Source of the DNA: Nitrospiraceae bacterium
GTDB lineage: Bacteria > Nitrospirota > Nitrospiria > Nitrospirales > Nitrospiraceae
Assembly: GCA_037442105.1 (NCBI GenBank)
Contig: JBBIQV010000016.1
Span: 1-56,063 of the forward strand
DNA: 56,063 nt
Reading direction: 5' to 3'
In this document: piece by piece, positions 42,791 through 52,726 of the stretch
How positions within the stretch are numbered: the first letter of the stretch is position 1
How the letters are laid out: every line of letters starts with the position of its first letter
Notes under the pieces: model-generated
Seen by the model: the letters and a program-made list of their open reading frames with translations, nothing else
What the model was told of the DNA's origin: nothing
Databases searched by the model: none
Translations under genes and position numbers: made by a program

Positions 42791-42931
42791 AGAAATCACC
42801 CGCCCGTATAATTGCGCGGTTGCGCGGGAATCACCGTGTGCATCCTTGTCAATCGTCAAGTGTCAAGCGAACGAGAACTTGTGCAAGTTTCACGATTGAT
42901 GGCTGACGAATGACGACCCTCCTCCCAAGCT

Positions 42932-44299
42932 ATGGCACGAAAACCGGCCGGCCGGCAGTTGAAAGAGTGGGATCACCGGTACCTCTGGCACCCCTTCACG
43001 CAGATGCGGGAATGGGAGCAAGAGATGCCGCTCATCATCGAACGAGGCAGGGGTTCCTATCTGATCGACATGGAAGGCCGTCGCTATCTCGACGGTGTCT
43101 CCTCCATTTGGGTCAACGTACATGGTCATCGGCACCCGACTCTCGATAAAGCCATCAATGCCCAACTCAAGAAGCTCGCCCACAGCACACTCTTGGGACT
43201 CTCCAATCCGCCCGCCATTCAACTGGCACGGGAACTGATCCGCATCGCCCCCAAAGGCCTCGCCCGTGTCTTCTATTCCGACGACGGATCCACCGCAGTC
43301 GAAGTGGCGCTCAAGATGGCGGTGCAGTATTGGCAGCAGCAGAAGGTTGCGGCTGGTCCCAAAAACACGTTTCTCCGGCTCGGTCTCGCCTATCACGGCG
43401 ACACCCTTGGCGCAGTCAGCGTCGGCAACATCGAGCTGTTCCATGCCCGTTTCGCAGCCTTGCTGTTCCCGACCATCAGGGCCGACCCACCCTATTGCTA
43501 CCGTTGCCCGCTGCAGCTCAGCTACCCCTCCTGCAAGATGGCCTGCGTGGACCCGATCGAGCAGACCCTTCGAGAGCGACATCGTGAGATTGCCGGGTTC
43601 ATCATCGAACCGCTGGTGCAAGCCGCGGCCGGAATGATTACCGCCCCTCCTGGGTATCTGAAACGGATTCGCGATCTCTGCACAAAGTACGAGGTCTTGT
43701 TGATCACCGACGAAGTGGCCACGGGATTTGGCCGCACAGGAAAACTGTTCGCCTGCCAGCACGAAGGTGTCACCCCGGACTTGATGACGATCAGCAAAGG
43801 ACTTACCGGCGGCTACATGCCGCTCGCGGCAACCCTGACGACGGAAGAAATCTACAGGGCTTTTCTCGGCAAGCATGAAGAGTTCAAGACCTTCTTTCAC
43901 GGTCACAGCTACACCGGCAATCCGCTCGGTTGTGCCGTGGCGCTTGCCAATCTGGAAATCTTCCGGAAAGAAAAGACGCTCGCCCGCCTGCGTCCGAAGA
44001 TTGCCGCGATGGCGAAGTTACTGAAGCCTTTCTGGGCTCTGCCTCACGTCGGCGACATCCGCCAGCGCGGGTTCATGGTGGGGATTGAGCTGGTGAAGGA
44101 TCGTGTAACGAAAGAAGCCTACCCCCTTGAATCGCGCATCGGGCATCGTGTGGCGATGGAAACGCGCCGGCGCGGGCTGTTGATCCGACCCTTGGGGAAC
44201 GTCATCGTGTTGATGCCGCCTCTGAGCACCACGCTCGGCGAACTGGGAGAGATGGTGGCCATTCTTCGCGAATCCATTACAGCCGTGACGGAAGATTAA
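42932..44299 (+). CDS. bioA: Adenosylmethionine-8-amino-7-oxononanoate aminotransferase
   Basis: LWHPFTQM, DDGSTAVEVALKMA, YHGDT, DEVATGFGRTG, SKGLTGGY, HGHSYTGNP. Confidence 0.95.
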   Translation: MARKPAGRQLKEWDHRYLWHPFTQMREWEQEMPLIIERGRGSYLIDMEGRRYLDGVSSIWVNVHGHRHPTLDKAINAQLKKLAHSTLLGLSNPPAIQLARELIRIAPKGLARVFYSDDGSTAVEVALKMAVQYWQQQKVAAGPKNTFLRLGLAYHGDTLGAVSVGNIELFHARFAALLFPTIRADPPYCYRCPLQLSYPSCKMACVDPIEQTLRERHREIAGFIIEPLVQAAAGMITAPPGYLKRIRDLCTKYEVLLITDEVATGFGRTGKLFACQHEGVTPDLMTISKGLTGGYMPLAATLTTEEIYRAFLGKHEEFKTFFHGHSYTGNPLGCAVALANLEIFRKEKTLARLRPKIAAMAKLLKPFWALPHVGDIRQRGFMVGIELVKDRVTKEAYPLESRIGHRVAMETRRRGLLIRPLGNVIVLMPPLSTTLGELGEMVAILRESITAVTED

Positions 44300-44326
44300 T
44301 CGTTTCCCTGATCAAAGTAGTCCGCT

Positions 44327-45544
44327 TCATGGCTGATACTCGACGAGCGCGAACTTTCTACGGCCTACCCGCAATCGGTATTGTCTGCCTGGCGTGAGGT
44401 CGATACTTGCGTTGGGATCGTTGTGTTTCTTTGCATCGATCTCTACACCGCCCTGAACAATCAGCCGGCGAGCCTCGCTCTTGCTGGGCACGAAACCGGT
44501 CTTGGCAATCAGACCGACCAGCGCGATCGCCGGCGCTGCAACATCCTTTACATCGGTCTTGGTCAGCACCACACGCGCGTCCGGTTCATCCGGAAACTCT
44601 CGCTCCTGAAACTTCTGCTGAAAATCGATGCGCGCTTGCCGCCCGGCATCCGTACCGTGATAACGCGCTACGATCTGCTCGGCGAGCATCTGCTTAGCCT
44701 CCATCGGGTGCAAGGCCTTCACTCGGCCCAGATCGTCGGTGGTGAGTAGTTCATAGTACCGGAGCATGAGTTGATCGCTGATCGACATCATTTTGCCGAA
44801 CATCTCTTCCGGCTTGTCCTCCAGCGCGATGTAGTTGCCGAGACTCTTGCTCATCTTGCGGACACCGTCGGTCCCTTCCAGCAGCGGCATGGTCAGCACC
44901 ACCTGCGCCTCCTGGCCGAAATCCCGCTGGAGGTCGCGCCCGACCAGGAGGTTAAATTTCTGATCGGTCCCGCCTAGCTCCACGTCCGCTTTGAGAGCAA
45001 CCGAATCATAGCCCTGTATCAACGGGTAGAGAAACTCATGAATGCTGATGGGCTTTTGCTCATGATAGCGTTTGTGAAAATCTTCCCGCTCCAGCATGCG
45101 GGCCACTTTGTAGTGTGCGCTGAGCTGGACCAACCCCTCGGCCGTCATCGTGCTCATCCAGCGACTATTGAAGTCCACGGTCGTCCTGTTCGCATCGAGA
45201 ATCTTGAAGATTTGTCGCTGGTATGTTTTGGCGTTCTCTTGGACTTTCTCCTTGGACAACGCGACGCGCGTCTCCGACACGCCGGTCGGATCGCCGATCA
45301 TGCCGGTAAAGTCGCCGATCAAAAAGATCACTTGGTGCCCGAGATCCTGGAAGTGCTTCAACTTGTGAATGAGCACCGTGTGCCCGAGGTGGAGATCCGG
45401 CGCCGTCGGATCGAACCCGGCCTTCACCCGCAGCGGGCGCTTCTCTTTGACCGACCGAGCCAGCTTGGACTCCAGCTCGTTTTGCTGGATGACTTCCACC
45501 ACACCGCGCAGGATCAACTCCAGTTGACGGGCGACTTCGTTCAC
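44327..45544 (-). CDS. tyrS: Tyrosine--tRNA ligase
   Basis: [26 protein letters not shown]-terminal S4-like domain. Confidence 0.97.
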   Translation of the reverse strand: MNEVARQLELILRGVVEVIQQNELESKLARSVKEKRPLRVKAGFDPTAPDLHLGHTVLIHKLKHFQDLGHQVIFLIGDFTGMIGDPTGVSETRVALSKEKVQENAKTYQRQIFKILDANRTTVDFNSRWMSTMTAEGLVQLSAHYKVARMLEREDFHKRYHEQKPISIHEFLYPLIQGYDSVALKADVELGGTDQKFNLLVGRDLQRDFGQEAQVVLTMPLLEGTDGVRKMSKSLGNYIALEDKPEEMFGKMMSISDQLMLRYYELLTTDDLGRVKALHPMEAKQMLAEQIVARYHGTDAGRQARIDFQQKFQEREFPDEPDARVVLTKTDVKDVAAPAIALVGLIAKTGFVPSKSEARRLIVQGGVEIDAKKHNDPNASIDLTPGRQYRLRVGRRKFALVEYQP

Positions 45545-46032
45545 AGCTTCCCCTTCTCCGGCTGAGCGGACTGCGCCGGCTTGACCATCACAAGAGGCCG
45601 GAGCCGCTCCATTTTCTTCTGACCGATCCCTTTCACGTCGAGCAGGTTGTCAACCGAGGCAAAGGAACCGATCGCTCGGCGGTGGTCGATGATCCGTATG
45701 GCCAACGCCGGCCCTATGCCGGGAAGTCCTTCCAGATCTTGGCTCGTCGCGCGGTTCAGATCAAGCCGCTGCTCTGATCGTTTCGGCGGCGCAGGCGCAA
45801 GTTTCCTGACCACCGGCGCCGCCTGTTGCTCTGGCCGAGAGGGGGCGGCACCACCCCCCACTTGCGCGTGAAAGACGTGACCGGTGTTGGAAGCAGAAAC
45901 CACCGCCATCGGCTGACCGGAGCCGCTTTGCCCGTTCTGTCCTGTGGAATCGGGAACGGACCAGCCGATCCAAAAGACGGCCCCCATGGTTGCCGCCAAC
46001 ATGCCCAGCTTGATGAGGAACGACTTGACCAT
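45541..46032 (-). CDS. ComEA-like helix-hairpin-helix DNA-binding protein
   Basis: TM then [20 protein letters not shown]...[13 protein letters not shown]. Confidence 0.9.
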   Translation of the reverse strand: MVKSFLIKLGMLAATMGAVFWIGWSVPDSTGQNGQSGSGQPMAVVSASNTGHVFHAQVGGGAAPSRPEQQAAPVVRKLAPAPPKRSEQRLDLNRATSQDLEGLPGIGPALAIRIIDHRRAIGSFASVDNLLDVKGIGQKKMERLRPLVMVKPAQSAQPEKGKL

Positions 46033-46044
46033 TGGTTTCTGACC

Positions 46045-47475
46045 TTACGATAATTTCTTTCTCGCTAAATGGATCGCCATCCCGTCGACATCCTCGGCTG
46101 CTTCCATCAACCCTTCGGCGAATGTCGGATGCGCGTGGATCATCTCGGCAACCTGTGACGCCGTGGCGCCCACTTGCATTGCCAATGCCGCTTCATGGAT
46201 CAGGTCAGCCGCGTGCGCGCCGACGATATGCACGCCGAGAATCGCGCCGGTCTTGGCCTCTACGATCACTTTGAACAGGCCGGTCACATCACCCGTGGCT
46301 TGCGCCTTGCCGAGCCCCGAGTACCGGAAGCGCCCTACCGTAATTCCCCTCTCTGGGTCCTGTCCAAGTTGCCGGCAGCGGTCTCGCGCCTGTTGCTCCG
46401 TCAACCCCGCTCGCCCGATTTCCGGCAACGTAAAGATGCCGGCCGGCACGATGTTGTAGTTCATCTCCTGCTGCCGCCCCAGGATATTCGCCACCGCGAC
46501 TTTTCCCTGCGCGGACGCGACGTGTGCGAGCATCGCCTTCCCAATTATATCGCCGATCGCGTAAACCCCCGGCACGTTCGTCTCCATCCGGTCGTTGACC
46601 AGAATCTCGCCTCGCTTCCCCACCTGCACTCCGACCTTCTCCAGACCGATGCCTTTGGAATTGAACCCGCGGCCGACGGAGACCAGCAGCTTCTCGGCAG
46701 TGATCTTGGAACCATCTTTCAACGTGGCCGTCACCGAACCAGCCTGCTGTGAGACAGACTCGACAGTCATCCCAGTGCGAATCTCCACGCCGCGCTTCTT
46801 CAGCTCCCGTTCCATCATGCCGGCGATCTCGTCATCTTCGAGCGGCAGGATGCGTGACATCAGCTCGACCATCGCCACTTGCGTCCCCAGACCGCTATAC
46901 AATGACGCGAACTCGCACCCCTCGACTCCCGCGCCGATAATCAGCAGGCTCGCAGGAATCGTCTCCAGATCGAGGGCCTGCTTGCTGGTGATAATCTGCC
47001 GGCCGTCGTTGGGGAACAGTGGCAGGTTTGGCCAGGATGAGCCGGTTGCGATCACGATGGCATCGGCCTGGACCGACGTCTCCGTCCCATCTCGCTTGGC
47101 GACCCGCACGTGTCGTTCATCGGTCAGTTCCCCTGTGCCATCAAGATGTTCAATGCCCCAGGTCTTGAACAACGTCGCAATGCCTTTCACCAGCGCGGAG
47201 ACGACCTTGTTCTTGCGCATGACCATCCGGGCCAAGTCATAGCGAACCGGGCCTTGCAGCATCAGCCCCATCTCCTCGGCTTTCTTAGCCTTGTCGCCCA
47301 ACTCGACAACGGAGAGCAGCGCCTTGCTTGGAATGCAGCCCCAATTGAGACACACTCCGCCGAGCGCCTGATTCTCGATGACGGTCACACGGGCGCCGCG
47401 CTGGGCAGCTCGAATCGCGGCGACATACCCGCCTGGACCGGCACCGAGGATGGCGATGTGCGTCTGGATGGACAT
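46045..47475 (-). CDS. lpdA: Dihydrolipoyl dehydrogenase
   Basis: GAGPGGYVAA, GGVCLNWGCIPSK, HAHPT. Confidence 0.95.
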   Translation of the reverse strand: MSIQTHIAILGAGPGGYVAAIRAAQRGARVTVIENQALGGVCLNWGCIPSKALLSVVELGDKAKKAEEMGLMLQGPVRYDLARMVMRKNKVVSALVKGIATLFKTWGIEHLDGTGELTDERHVRVAKRDGTETSVQADAIVIATGSSWPNLPLFPNDGRQIITSKQALDLETIPASLLIIGAGVEGCEFASLYSGLGTQVAMVELMSRILPLEDDEIAGMMERELKKRGVEIRTGMTVESVSQQAGSVTATLKDGSKITAEKLLVSVGRGFNSKGIGLEKVGVQVGKRGEILVNDRMETNVPGVYAIGDIIGKAMLAHVASAQGKVAVANILGRQQEMNYNIVPAGIFTLPEIGRAGLTEQQARDRCRQLGQDPERGITVGRFRYSGLGKAQATGDVTGLFKVIVEAKTGAILGVHIVGAHAADLIHEAALAMQVGATASQVAEMIHAHPTFAEGLMEAAEDVDGMAIHLARKKLS

Positions 47476-47551
47476 AGCTGGTAGCAAGTAGCCCATAGCG
47501 AATAGCGCTGAGATAAGACGGCTATTCGCTTCCGGCTACTCGCTATTCGCT
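47474..47551. repeat. Inverted array of degenerate heptamers (RTAGCNN ... GCTAYTC)
   Basis: ATAGCTG GTAGCAA GTAGCCC ATAGCGA ATAGCG ... GCTATTC GCTTCCG GCTACTC GCTATTC. Confidence 0.7.
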
Positions 47552-47934
47552 TGCTTTTGAGAAGCGAGAAAGGCTTCGTACTCCACGGCGGTCATCAGTT
47601 TCTCGACTTCGGCGGCATTCGACAGCTCGATCATGACCATCCAACCCTTGCCGTACGGGTCCGAGTTCACCACTTCCGGATGGTCCTTCAAGTCGGGATT
47701 CACCGTGACGATGGTGCCACTCACCGGCGTGTAGATCGTGGATGTGGTCTTGGTCGATTCGACCTCGCCGATTTGCTGGCCGGCGGACACGGTGGTTCCG
47801 GCCTTCGGCAAATCCACGAAGACAATGTCGCCCAAGGCATCCTGCGCGAAGTGGCTGATGCCAACCGTGGCCTGCTTGCCGTCCACGCGAGCCCATTCAT
47901 GTTCCTGGTGATAACGGAGATCTTGTGGAATCAT
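47536..47934 (-). CDS. gcvH: Glycine cleavage system H protein
   Basis: HEW, GISHFAQDALGDIVFV, VESTKT lipoyl-Lys, NSDPYGKGW. Confidence 0.95.
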   Translation of the reverse strand: MIPQDLRYHQEHEWARVDGKQATVGISHFAQDALGDIVFVDLPKAGTTVSAGQQIGEVESTKTTSTIYTPVSGTIVTVNPDLKDHPEVVNSDPYGKGWMVMIELSNAAEVEKLMTAVEYEAFLASQKQANSE

Positions 47935-47953
47935 GCGCGCTCCTTTGAAACTT

Positions 47954-48032
47954 AGGCTAAGGCTGAGGTCAAGGTTCAGTCACGGCTTGGCCTCGGTCGC
48001 CGCACCATCGGCTTCAGCCTCAACCTCAACCT
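47954..48032. repeat. Inverted array of degenerate hexamers, second copy
   Basis: AGGCTA AGGCTG AGGTCA AGGTTC ... CAGCCT CAACCT CAACCT; shares TGAGGTCAAGGTT with the 36613 copy. Confidence 0.7.
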
Positions 48033-48075
48033 CCAAGAATTCGTTGCGGATCGTAGAGGCAGGACCGACGCTTTG

Positions 48076-49599
48076 TCAAGGAACGGACAACGGATCAAGA
48101 TTCAACAGCAGCGAGGTGTCATCAGTGATGCCAAGATGCTCCGCGACCCGCCGGAACGAACCCGGTTGCAGCAGCACAGGCTCCATGCGCCTCATGGTCA
48201 AGCGAGTCCACACACGCCTTGGATCACCGATGAACTCCGCCAGGCGTCGGACGAGCCCCAAGGGCTCTGCCTTGGAAGACGACTCCAATGAAGACGCTCC
48301 GCCGTCGCTCGGCACAAACACCAGGTCAAATCCTCGCTGCTTAGCCTCCACGATATCTTCGCCATACTCAGCCAACGCGCGAAGTGGATCCGTGAGAGTC
48401 TCCGGATGCGCTTCGAGCACGACGCGCATACTCGCGCGCTCACTTCGCATCGCCTCAGCCAGGCGTTGCAGGAAGGCCAAATACGACCGAGTCTTCCATC
48501 CCACCCACCGCCAGTAATAGAGAGGTTCTCCATTGCCGGAACCAGGATTCTTTGTCGTGGTGCCGGTGAAGAGCTGGGACGGTTCCATCGACAGGCCGGA
48601 ACTCGCCTCAAAGCCTCGGAACGCAGAAGTTCCCACCTCATAGGCAAACCCGTTACGGACACGCGCTCGGAGCAAGACGCCGTCAACACCCGTCTGCGCC
48701 AAGTCGGTCGTCAACCCAATGAGGTACGATTGGACGTCCGGATTGAACAGATCGAGCTCCGCAGCAGGACGCACGCCGTGATCGCTCGGATTGTACACCA
48801 ACGTCATCCACTCAGCCACGCGTCCCAACCAGGGAAGGTCATGCGGCGAGAAACTTCCGAAGACGGACAGTCCGTGCCGATGCGCAAGCGGCACCAACCG
48901 GCCGAGTACATCTTCCACCATGTACGCTCGTGTAGTCGGGAAATACACACCTGCCGCTGTAGTGGGCTCAGTGCCGGCAGCGACAGATTCGCTGCCCATG
49001 GGCTTCTGCAGCATCCCGCTTGTGCCCACATCGAGAACGATCACCGTCACGCCGGCACGGGCAAGACTTTCCAGCCAGGGTTCGAGCGCCGAAAGGGATG
49101 GAAGCTGCGCGCGGGACAAGGCGAGCGCCACATGACCGGACAAGGCCGCATGAGTGGAACCACCGGCCTGCCTCAACTCATCAAGACGGCGGATGGCATG
49201 CGCTTCGTAACCGATCGGTCCGCCGGCGGGGGACGGTTCTGCTGCGGCCAGCGCGCGGTATTCGCCGACGGCGGCTCGAAGATCACCGACTTGCTCATAG
49301 GACCGCGCCAACCACCAACGAGCTTCGGCCGTGCGGGCCGATCCAGGATAGCGCTCCACGAACCGCCGGAACAACTGCACCGCGGTCGAGTAGCGCCCTT
49401 GCACATGCGCGAGGTGTGCCTCTTTGAGCAGGCGAACCTGTGCATCGAAGCTCGGATCAGTGCGCGGGACTGGCGGAGAAGCAGGCGTTGGGACAGGAGG
49501 ACTCGGCGTCCCGCAAGCGGCAAGCGGCAGAAAGAAAGCAATCCAATAACGGAGAACGAGGATGCGCAGTCGGTGCGACCGGTCCGCTAAGAAGGGCAC
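48076..49599 (-). CDS. Lipoprotein with BamD/YbgF-like TPR and a PgaB-C/GHL13-like TIM-barrel domain
   Basis: Lipobox LAAC; FVERYPGS...ARWWLARSY TPR; GVYFPT, LAHRHGLSVF, LDLFNPDVQSYL...DLA...VDGVL. Confidence 0.65.
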   Translation of the reverse strand: MPFLADRSHRLRILVLRYWIAFFLPLAACGTPSPPVPTPASPPVPRTDPSFDAQVRLLKEAHLAHVQGRYSTAVQLFRRFVERYPGSARTAEARWWLARSYEQVGDLRAAVGEYRALAAAEPSPAGGPIGYEAHAIRRLDELRQAGGSTHAALSGHVALALSRAQLPSLSALEPWLESLARAGVTVIVLDVGTSGMLQKPMGSESVAAGTEPTTAAGVYFPTTRAYMVEDVLGRLVPLAHRHGLSVFGSFSPHDLPWLGRVAEWMTLVYNPSDHGVRPAAELDLFNPDVQSYLIGLTTDLAQTGVDGVLLRARVRNGFAYEVGTSAFRGFEASSGLSMEPSQLFTGTTTKNPGSGNGEPLYYWRWVGWKTRSYLAFLQRLAEAMRSERASMRVVLEAHPETLTDPLRALAEYGEDIVEAKQRGFDLVFVPSDGGASSLESSSKAEPLGLVRRLAEFIGDPRRVWTRLTMRRMEPVLLQPGSFRRVAEHLGITDDTSLLLNLDPLSVP

Positions 49600-49631
49600 G
49601 TGCCTCGCGCCTTCGAACGAAGAACGACTTC

Positions 49632-50054
49632 CTACCCGGCGAGGTCCATCTCCGGAAAGAAATAACCGACCTCGAAACGAGCCGTCTCGGGCGAGTCAGA
49701 TCCATGCACCGCGTTATATTCGATGTTGGTTCCATGAATCTGACGGATGGTTCCCTTGTCTGCCTTGGCCGGATCGGTCGCGCCCATCAAATCACGGTTC
49801 TTCTTGATGGCATTGTCCCCTTCCAAGACCAGGACGACGACCGGCCCGGACGACATGAATGTGCAGAGGCTCTCGAAAAACGGGCGTGCCTTATGGACGG
49901 CATAGAAGCCCTGTGCCGTCCCTTTGGACATCGACAGCATCTTCATCGCCACCGGCTTCAAGCCGGCCTTCTCGTACCGGCTGATGATGTCGCCGATCGC
50001 ATTCTTTTTCACAGCATCCGGTTTGATAATTGCGAGGGTACGTTCACTCATCAT
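49632..50054 (-). CDS. ndk: Nucleoside diphosphate kinase
   Basis: [30 protein letters not shown]. Confidence 0.97.
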   Translation of the reverse strand: MMSERTLAIIKPDAVKKNAIGDIISRYEKAGLKPVAMKMLSMSKGTAQGFYAVHKARPFFESLCTFMSSGPVVVLVLEGDNAIKKNRDLMGATDPAKADKGTIRQIHGTNIEYNAVHGSDSPETARFEVGYFFPEMDLAG

Positions 50055-50078
50055 CGACTCAACACCTCCATACTGAAT

Positions 50079-50519
50079 TCAGGACGATAAAGGATCCACC
50101 ACTTCGAGAAATGGAAACCGATGAAAGCCGGCATCGCGGGTGTAGATACGACGAATGCCGTGTTCGCGCATCAAGACGGCCGTGTGACAATCGTGAATGA
50201 TATTCCCTCGCAATCCCTTCACCTCGCTCAACACCGAACCGACAACCTCCGCATGTCTCGGCCCTTCCACCAGCAGCCCGAAACTTGGAGATGCCAGCAG
50301 CACCTCGATAAACCGCCAGACAGTCCCGAACGACTCAGGCTGCTGAAACACACGCGGGTGGGTGACGACCCGGACAACCTCATACAAAATTCCCCACGTT
50401 GTATACCAGGGCGTCGATTGCGATCGCCACATCTCAAAGAGATGACGACAAGCCGTATGCTCCGCCGATGAGCGATTCAATGCATAGACAAACACGTTGG
50501 TGTCAACGACAAACATCAC
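50079..50519 (-). CDS. vapC: VapC PIN-domain toxin
   Basis: VVDTNVFVY, YE.VRVVT, IHDCHTA, TRDAGF. Confidence 0.92.
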   Translation of the reverse strand: MMFVVDTNVFVYALNRSSAEHTACRHLFEMWRSQSTPWYTTWGILYEVVRVVTHPRVFQQPESFGTVWRFIEVLLASPSFGLLVEGPRHAEVVGSVLSEVKGLRGNIIHDCHTAVLMREHGIRRIYTRDAGFHRFPFLEVVDPLSS

Positions 50520-50749
50520 CGTCCTTCCATAGCCTCGTAGAGCGCCTCTCGATCCGCAATGTCGACCAGCGCACCCCCAAGTTTACAGGAAGGCAGCGGA
50601 GGAAGCTTGGCGGGTCTCTTCTCACGCGGCGCCTCAAGGAGATGCCGAAGTGCGGCTTCGACCAACTCCGAAATTGTTCGCCCCTGGCGAGCCGCCTCGA
50701 CCTTGAGACGCTTCATCACCTGATCATCGATGACCAACGTCGTTTTCAT
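50516..50749 (-). CDS. vapB: VapB ribbon-helix-helix antitoxin
   Basis: MKTTLVIDDQV..RLK.EAARQGRTISELVEAALR; overlaps vapC start. Confidence 0.9.
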   Translation of the reverse strand: MKTTLVIDDQVMKRLKVEAARQGRTISELVEAALRHLLEAPREKRPAKLPPLPSCKLGGALVDIADREALYEAMEGR

Positions 50750-50785
50750 ATGGGAAACCATACGCAACGGCTGGAGGGATGTCAA
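50749..50785 (-). promoter_or_regulatory. vapBC promoter (probably leaderless) with palindromic operator
   Basis: TTGACA-N17-TATGGT, ending 7 nt before ATG; TATGG-N4-CCATA palindrome at 50749-50762. Confidence 0.6.
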
Positions 50786-50892
50786 GGTTGAGCATGGGTT
50801 CGCGAACAAAGGAGCGAAGCGTATCACCGAGCAGAGAGTCTCGTCGGGCAGGCAAGGACAGCGGGGTCACCGTCCGATTCACTGTGGGAGAC

Positions 50893-50933
50893 AGGGGGGG
50901 CGGACGCCTCTTCGGTAGGCGTCCGCCCCCCCT
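50893..50933 (-). terminator. 17-bp GC-rich hairpin downstream of the PKD-like gene
   Basis: AGGGGGGGCGGACGCCT / AGGCGTCCGCCCCCCCT, about 10 nt after the stop; no U-tract. Confidence 0.45.
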
Positions 50934-50942
50934 CGCGCAACG

Positions 50943-51755
50943 TTACAAGAGCGATTGCAGCAGGTTGATCGCCTGCTGGATCAGAGGCACGACTTGGCCT
51001 TGCGAGGCGCAGTCCGTGACCCAATCGTTCTTGTCCGGCGAGCCGATGGTGGAGCACCCGTCGGTCTTCGCCAGCACGTCGTGCCGCAATTTGTTCACCG
51101 CATCCTGATACAGGAAATGGTCGATATCCTGGAGCACGGCGTTGATCTTGTTCGTCACTGCGTTCTTCATGGTCGGGTTCTTGAACGCGCTCGGGCTCAA
51201 GGCATTGAAGGCGCTCATCGCCTGCTGAAGCGTCGTGACGGCCTGATCGTGCCGCAACGTGGCTTCCACTGTGACCGTGCTGGGATCACTGACCAGGAGG
51301 CCATCGCTGACCGTCAGGCTGATGACATAGGTGCCTGAAGCGTCCGGCACAAACGTCGGATGGATCGAGGTCGGATTCGTCAGCACCGCCCCGGACCCGG
51401 CCAGCATCGACGTGAGCGTCCAGTGATAGGTCAAGGGATCATTGTTCGCGTCGGAACTCCCGGTCCCGTCCAGGGTGACGAGCTGGCCGACGAACACGGC
51501 CTGGTTCCCGCCCGCGTTGGCCACCGGCTTGATGTTGTTGTAGCTGATGGCCACGGTATCCGCTGCACTGGCCGCCCCGTAGATGTCCGTGACCACGAGG
51601 GATGCCACATAATCGCCCCGCACGTCCGCCACGAAGCTGGGCGTGGGCCCATTGGCTCCGGCCAGCACCGCAGCGCTACCCGATGGCTTCATCAGAGTCC
51701 AGGCATAGGTGAACGGATCCCCGTCGGGATCGTAACCGGTTCTTCCCCATGACAT
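50943..51755 (-). pseudogene. Truncated PKD/REJ-like (Ig-fold) repeat protein
   Basis: Begins mid-domain (YDPDGDPFTYAW), then PVANAGGNQ...TLDGTGSSDANNDPLTYHW; the SD-spaced ATG at 51750 is out of frame. Confidence 0.7.
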
Positions 51756-51845
51756 CCTCCTTCGTTGTCTGTGGCGCCTGGATCGATGCACCACTTGCCG
51801 CTCGCCTTGTGCCTTCCCTTTTCCCCTTACTCCTCCCCTTCACCG

Positions 51846-51952
51846 CCAGCGGGGAGAGGTCCCGTGTCGGTCCCCCTGCGGCCGTCGAGGGAGCGCGTTC
51901 TGAAGCGCGGCCTCCGGGAGCAAGGGACCGACACGGGACCTCTCCCCGCTGG
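51846..51952. repeat. Structured intergenic repeat, copy 3 (divergent, covarying)
   Basis: Perfect 29-bp stem 51846-51874/51924-51952; core has the same helix and loop layout as copies 1 and 2. Confidence 0.82.
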
Positions 51953-51957
51953 TCTCT

Positions 51958-52044
51958 ATAGCTGATAGCCAACAGCCCAGAGCGAACTGCGCATGCCTCA
52001 GAAGTCCGTGTTGATAGCTGCTAGCTACTCGCTATTCCGCTATC
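51958..52044. repeat. Inverted degenerate heptamer array, second copy
   Basis: ATAGCTG ATAGCCA ACAGCCC AGAGCGA ... GCTACTC GCTATTC. Confidence 0.55.
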
Positions 52045-52420
52045 GTGCCGCTCGCCGGACCGATTGTGCGTGTCGCCAAGCAATTCCCGTACGCAGGCGC
52101 GCGACCGGCTGCGCGATGCGGCCGGCCACTCCGTCGGCCGCCGCCGGATGCGCGGTCCACGCTGCATTTCGTTGGGTTTCTGTAGAGAGATCCCCGCTCG
52201 ATCCCATGCGTGCGGCAGGGCGCCGGACGGAGAGCGGAGGCGCTGGGGGTGACTCCATCTGGCGTCAGGGTGACGCTGTTTTGAGTCAGTCACAGTGGGG
52301 CAGAAGCTGGGGCCATTGACGCGAAGATGTCACGGGCCCCGGTCACCACGCTGCGCGGTCAGCTCAAGATCGAAGTTCTGCAACGGCGGGGGTTCGTCTC
52401 CGGATCAATCGTCTCCAATC

Positions 52421-52449
52421 TTGCCGTCCGCTTCTGAGGTGATTACAAT
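52421..52449 (+). promoter_or_regulatory. Sigma70-type promoter of mazEF
   Basis: TTGCCG-N17-TACAAT upstream of GGAGG SD. Confidence 0.5.
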
Positions 52450-52474
52450 GTGTCAACAGTTCTGGAGGCTCGCC

Positions 52475-52726
52475 ATGAAGGCACAGATCGTTCGGATCGG
52501 CAACTCACGAGGCATACGTCTGCCCAAGCTTCTGCTTGAGGAAGCACAACTCGAACGTGAAGTCGAACTCCAAGCTGCGCCAGGCCGCATCGTGATTCGC
52601 AGGGCGACTCGTCCACGCGACGGCTGGGCCGCGGCTGCGCGGCGAATGCGCGAACAGGACGAGGACCGTCTGCTGGACAGACCAACCGCGACGCGATTTG
52701 ACCAAGAAGAGTGGAAATGGCAGTAG
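52475..52726 (+). CDS. mazE: AbrB/MazE-family antitoxin
   Basis: IVRIGNSRGIRLPK; RDGWA; C-terminal FDQEEWKW. Confidence 0.92.
   Translation: MKAQIVRIGNSRGIRLPKLLLEEAQLEREVELQAAPGRIVIRRATRPRDGWAAAARRMREQDEDRLLDRPTATRFDQEEWKWQ

Noticed and set aside
48406..49590. 394-aa plus-strand ORF
   Set aside because: Antisense to the TPR/GH-like lipoprotein; Arg-rich with no motifs
52079..52095. Sigma54-like site upstream of the PKD remnant (minus strand GCGTACGGGAATTGCT)
   Set aside because: Lacks the invariant GG at -24
52245..52295. Nested inverted repeat TGACTC...GCGTCA-GGG-TGACGC...GAGTCA
   Set aside because: Single short occurrence; cannot distinguish a regulator site from chance
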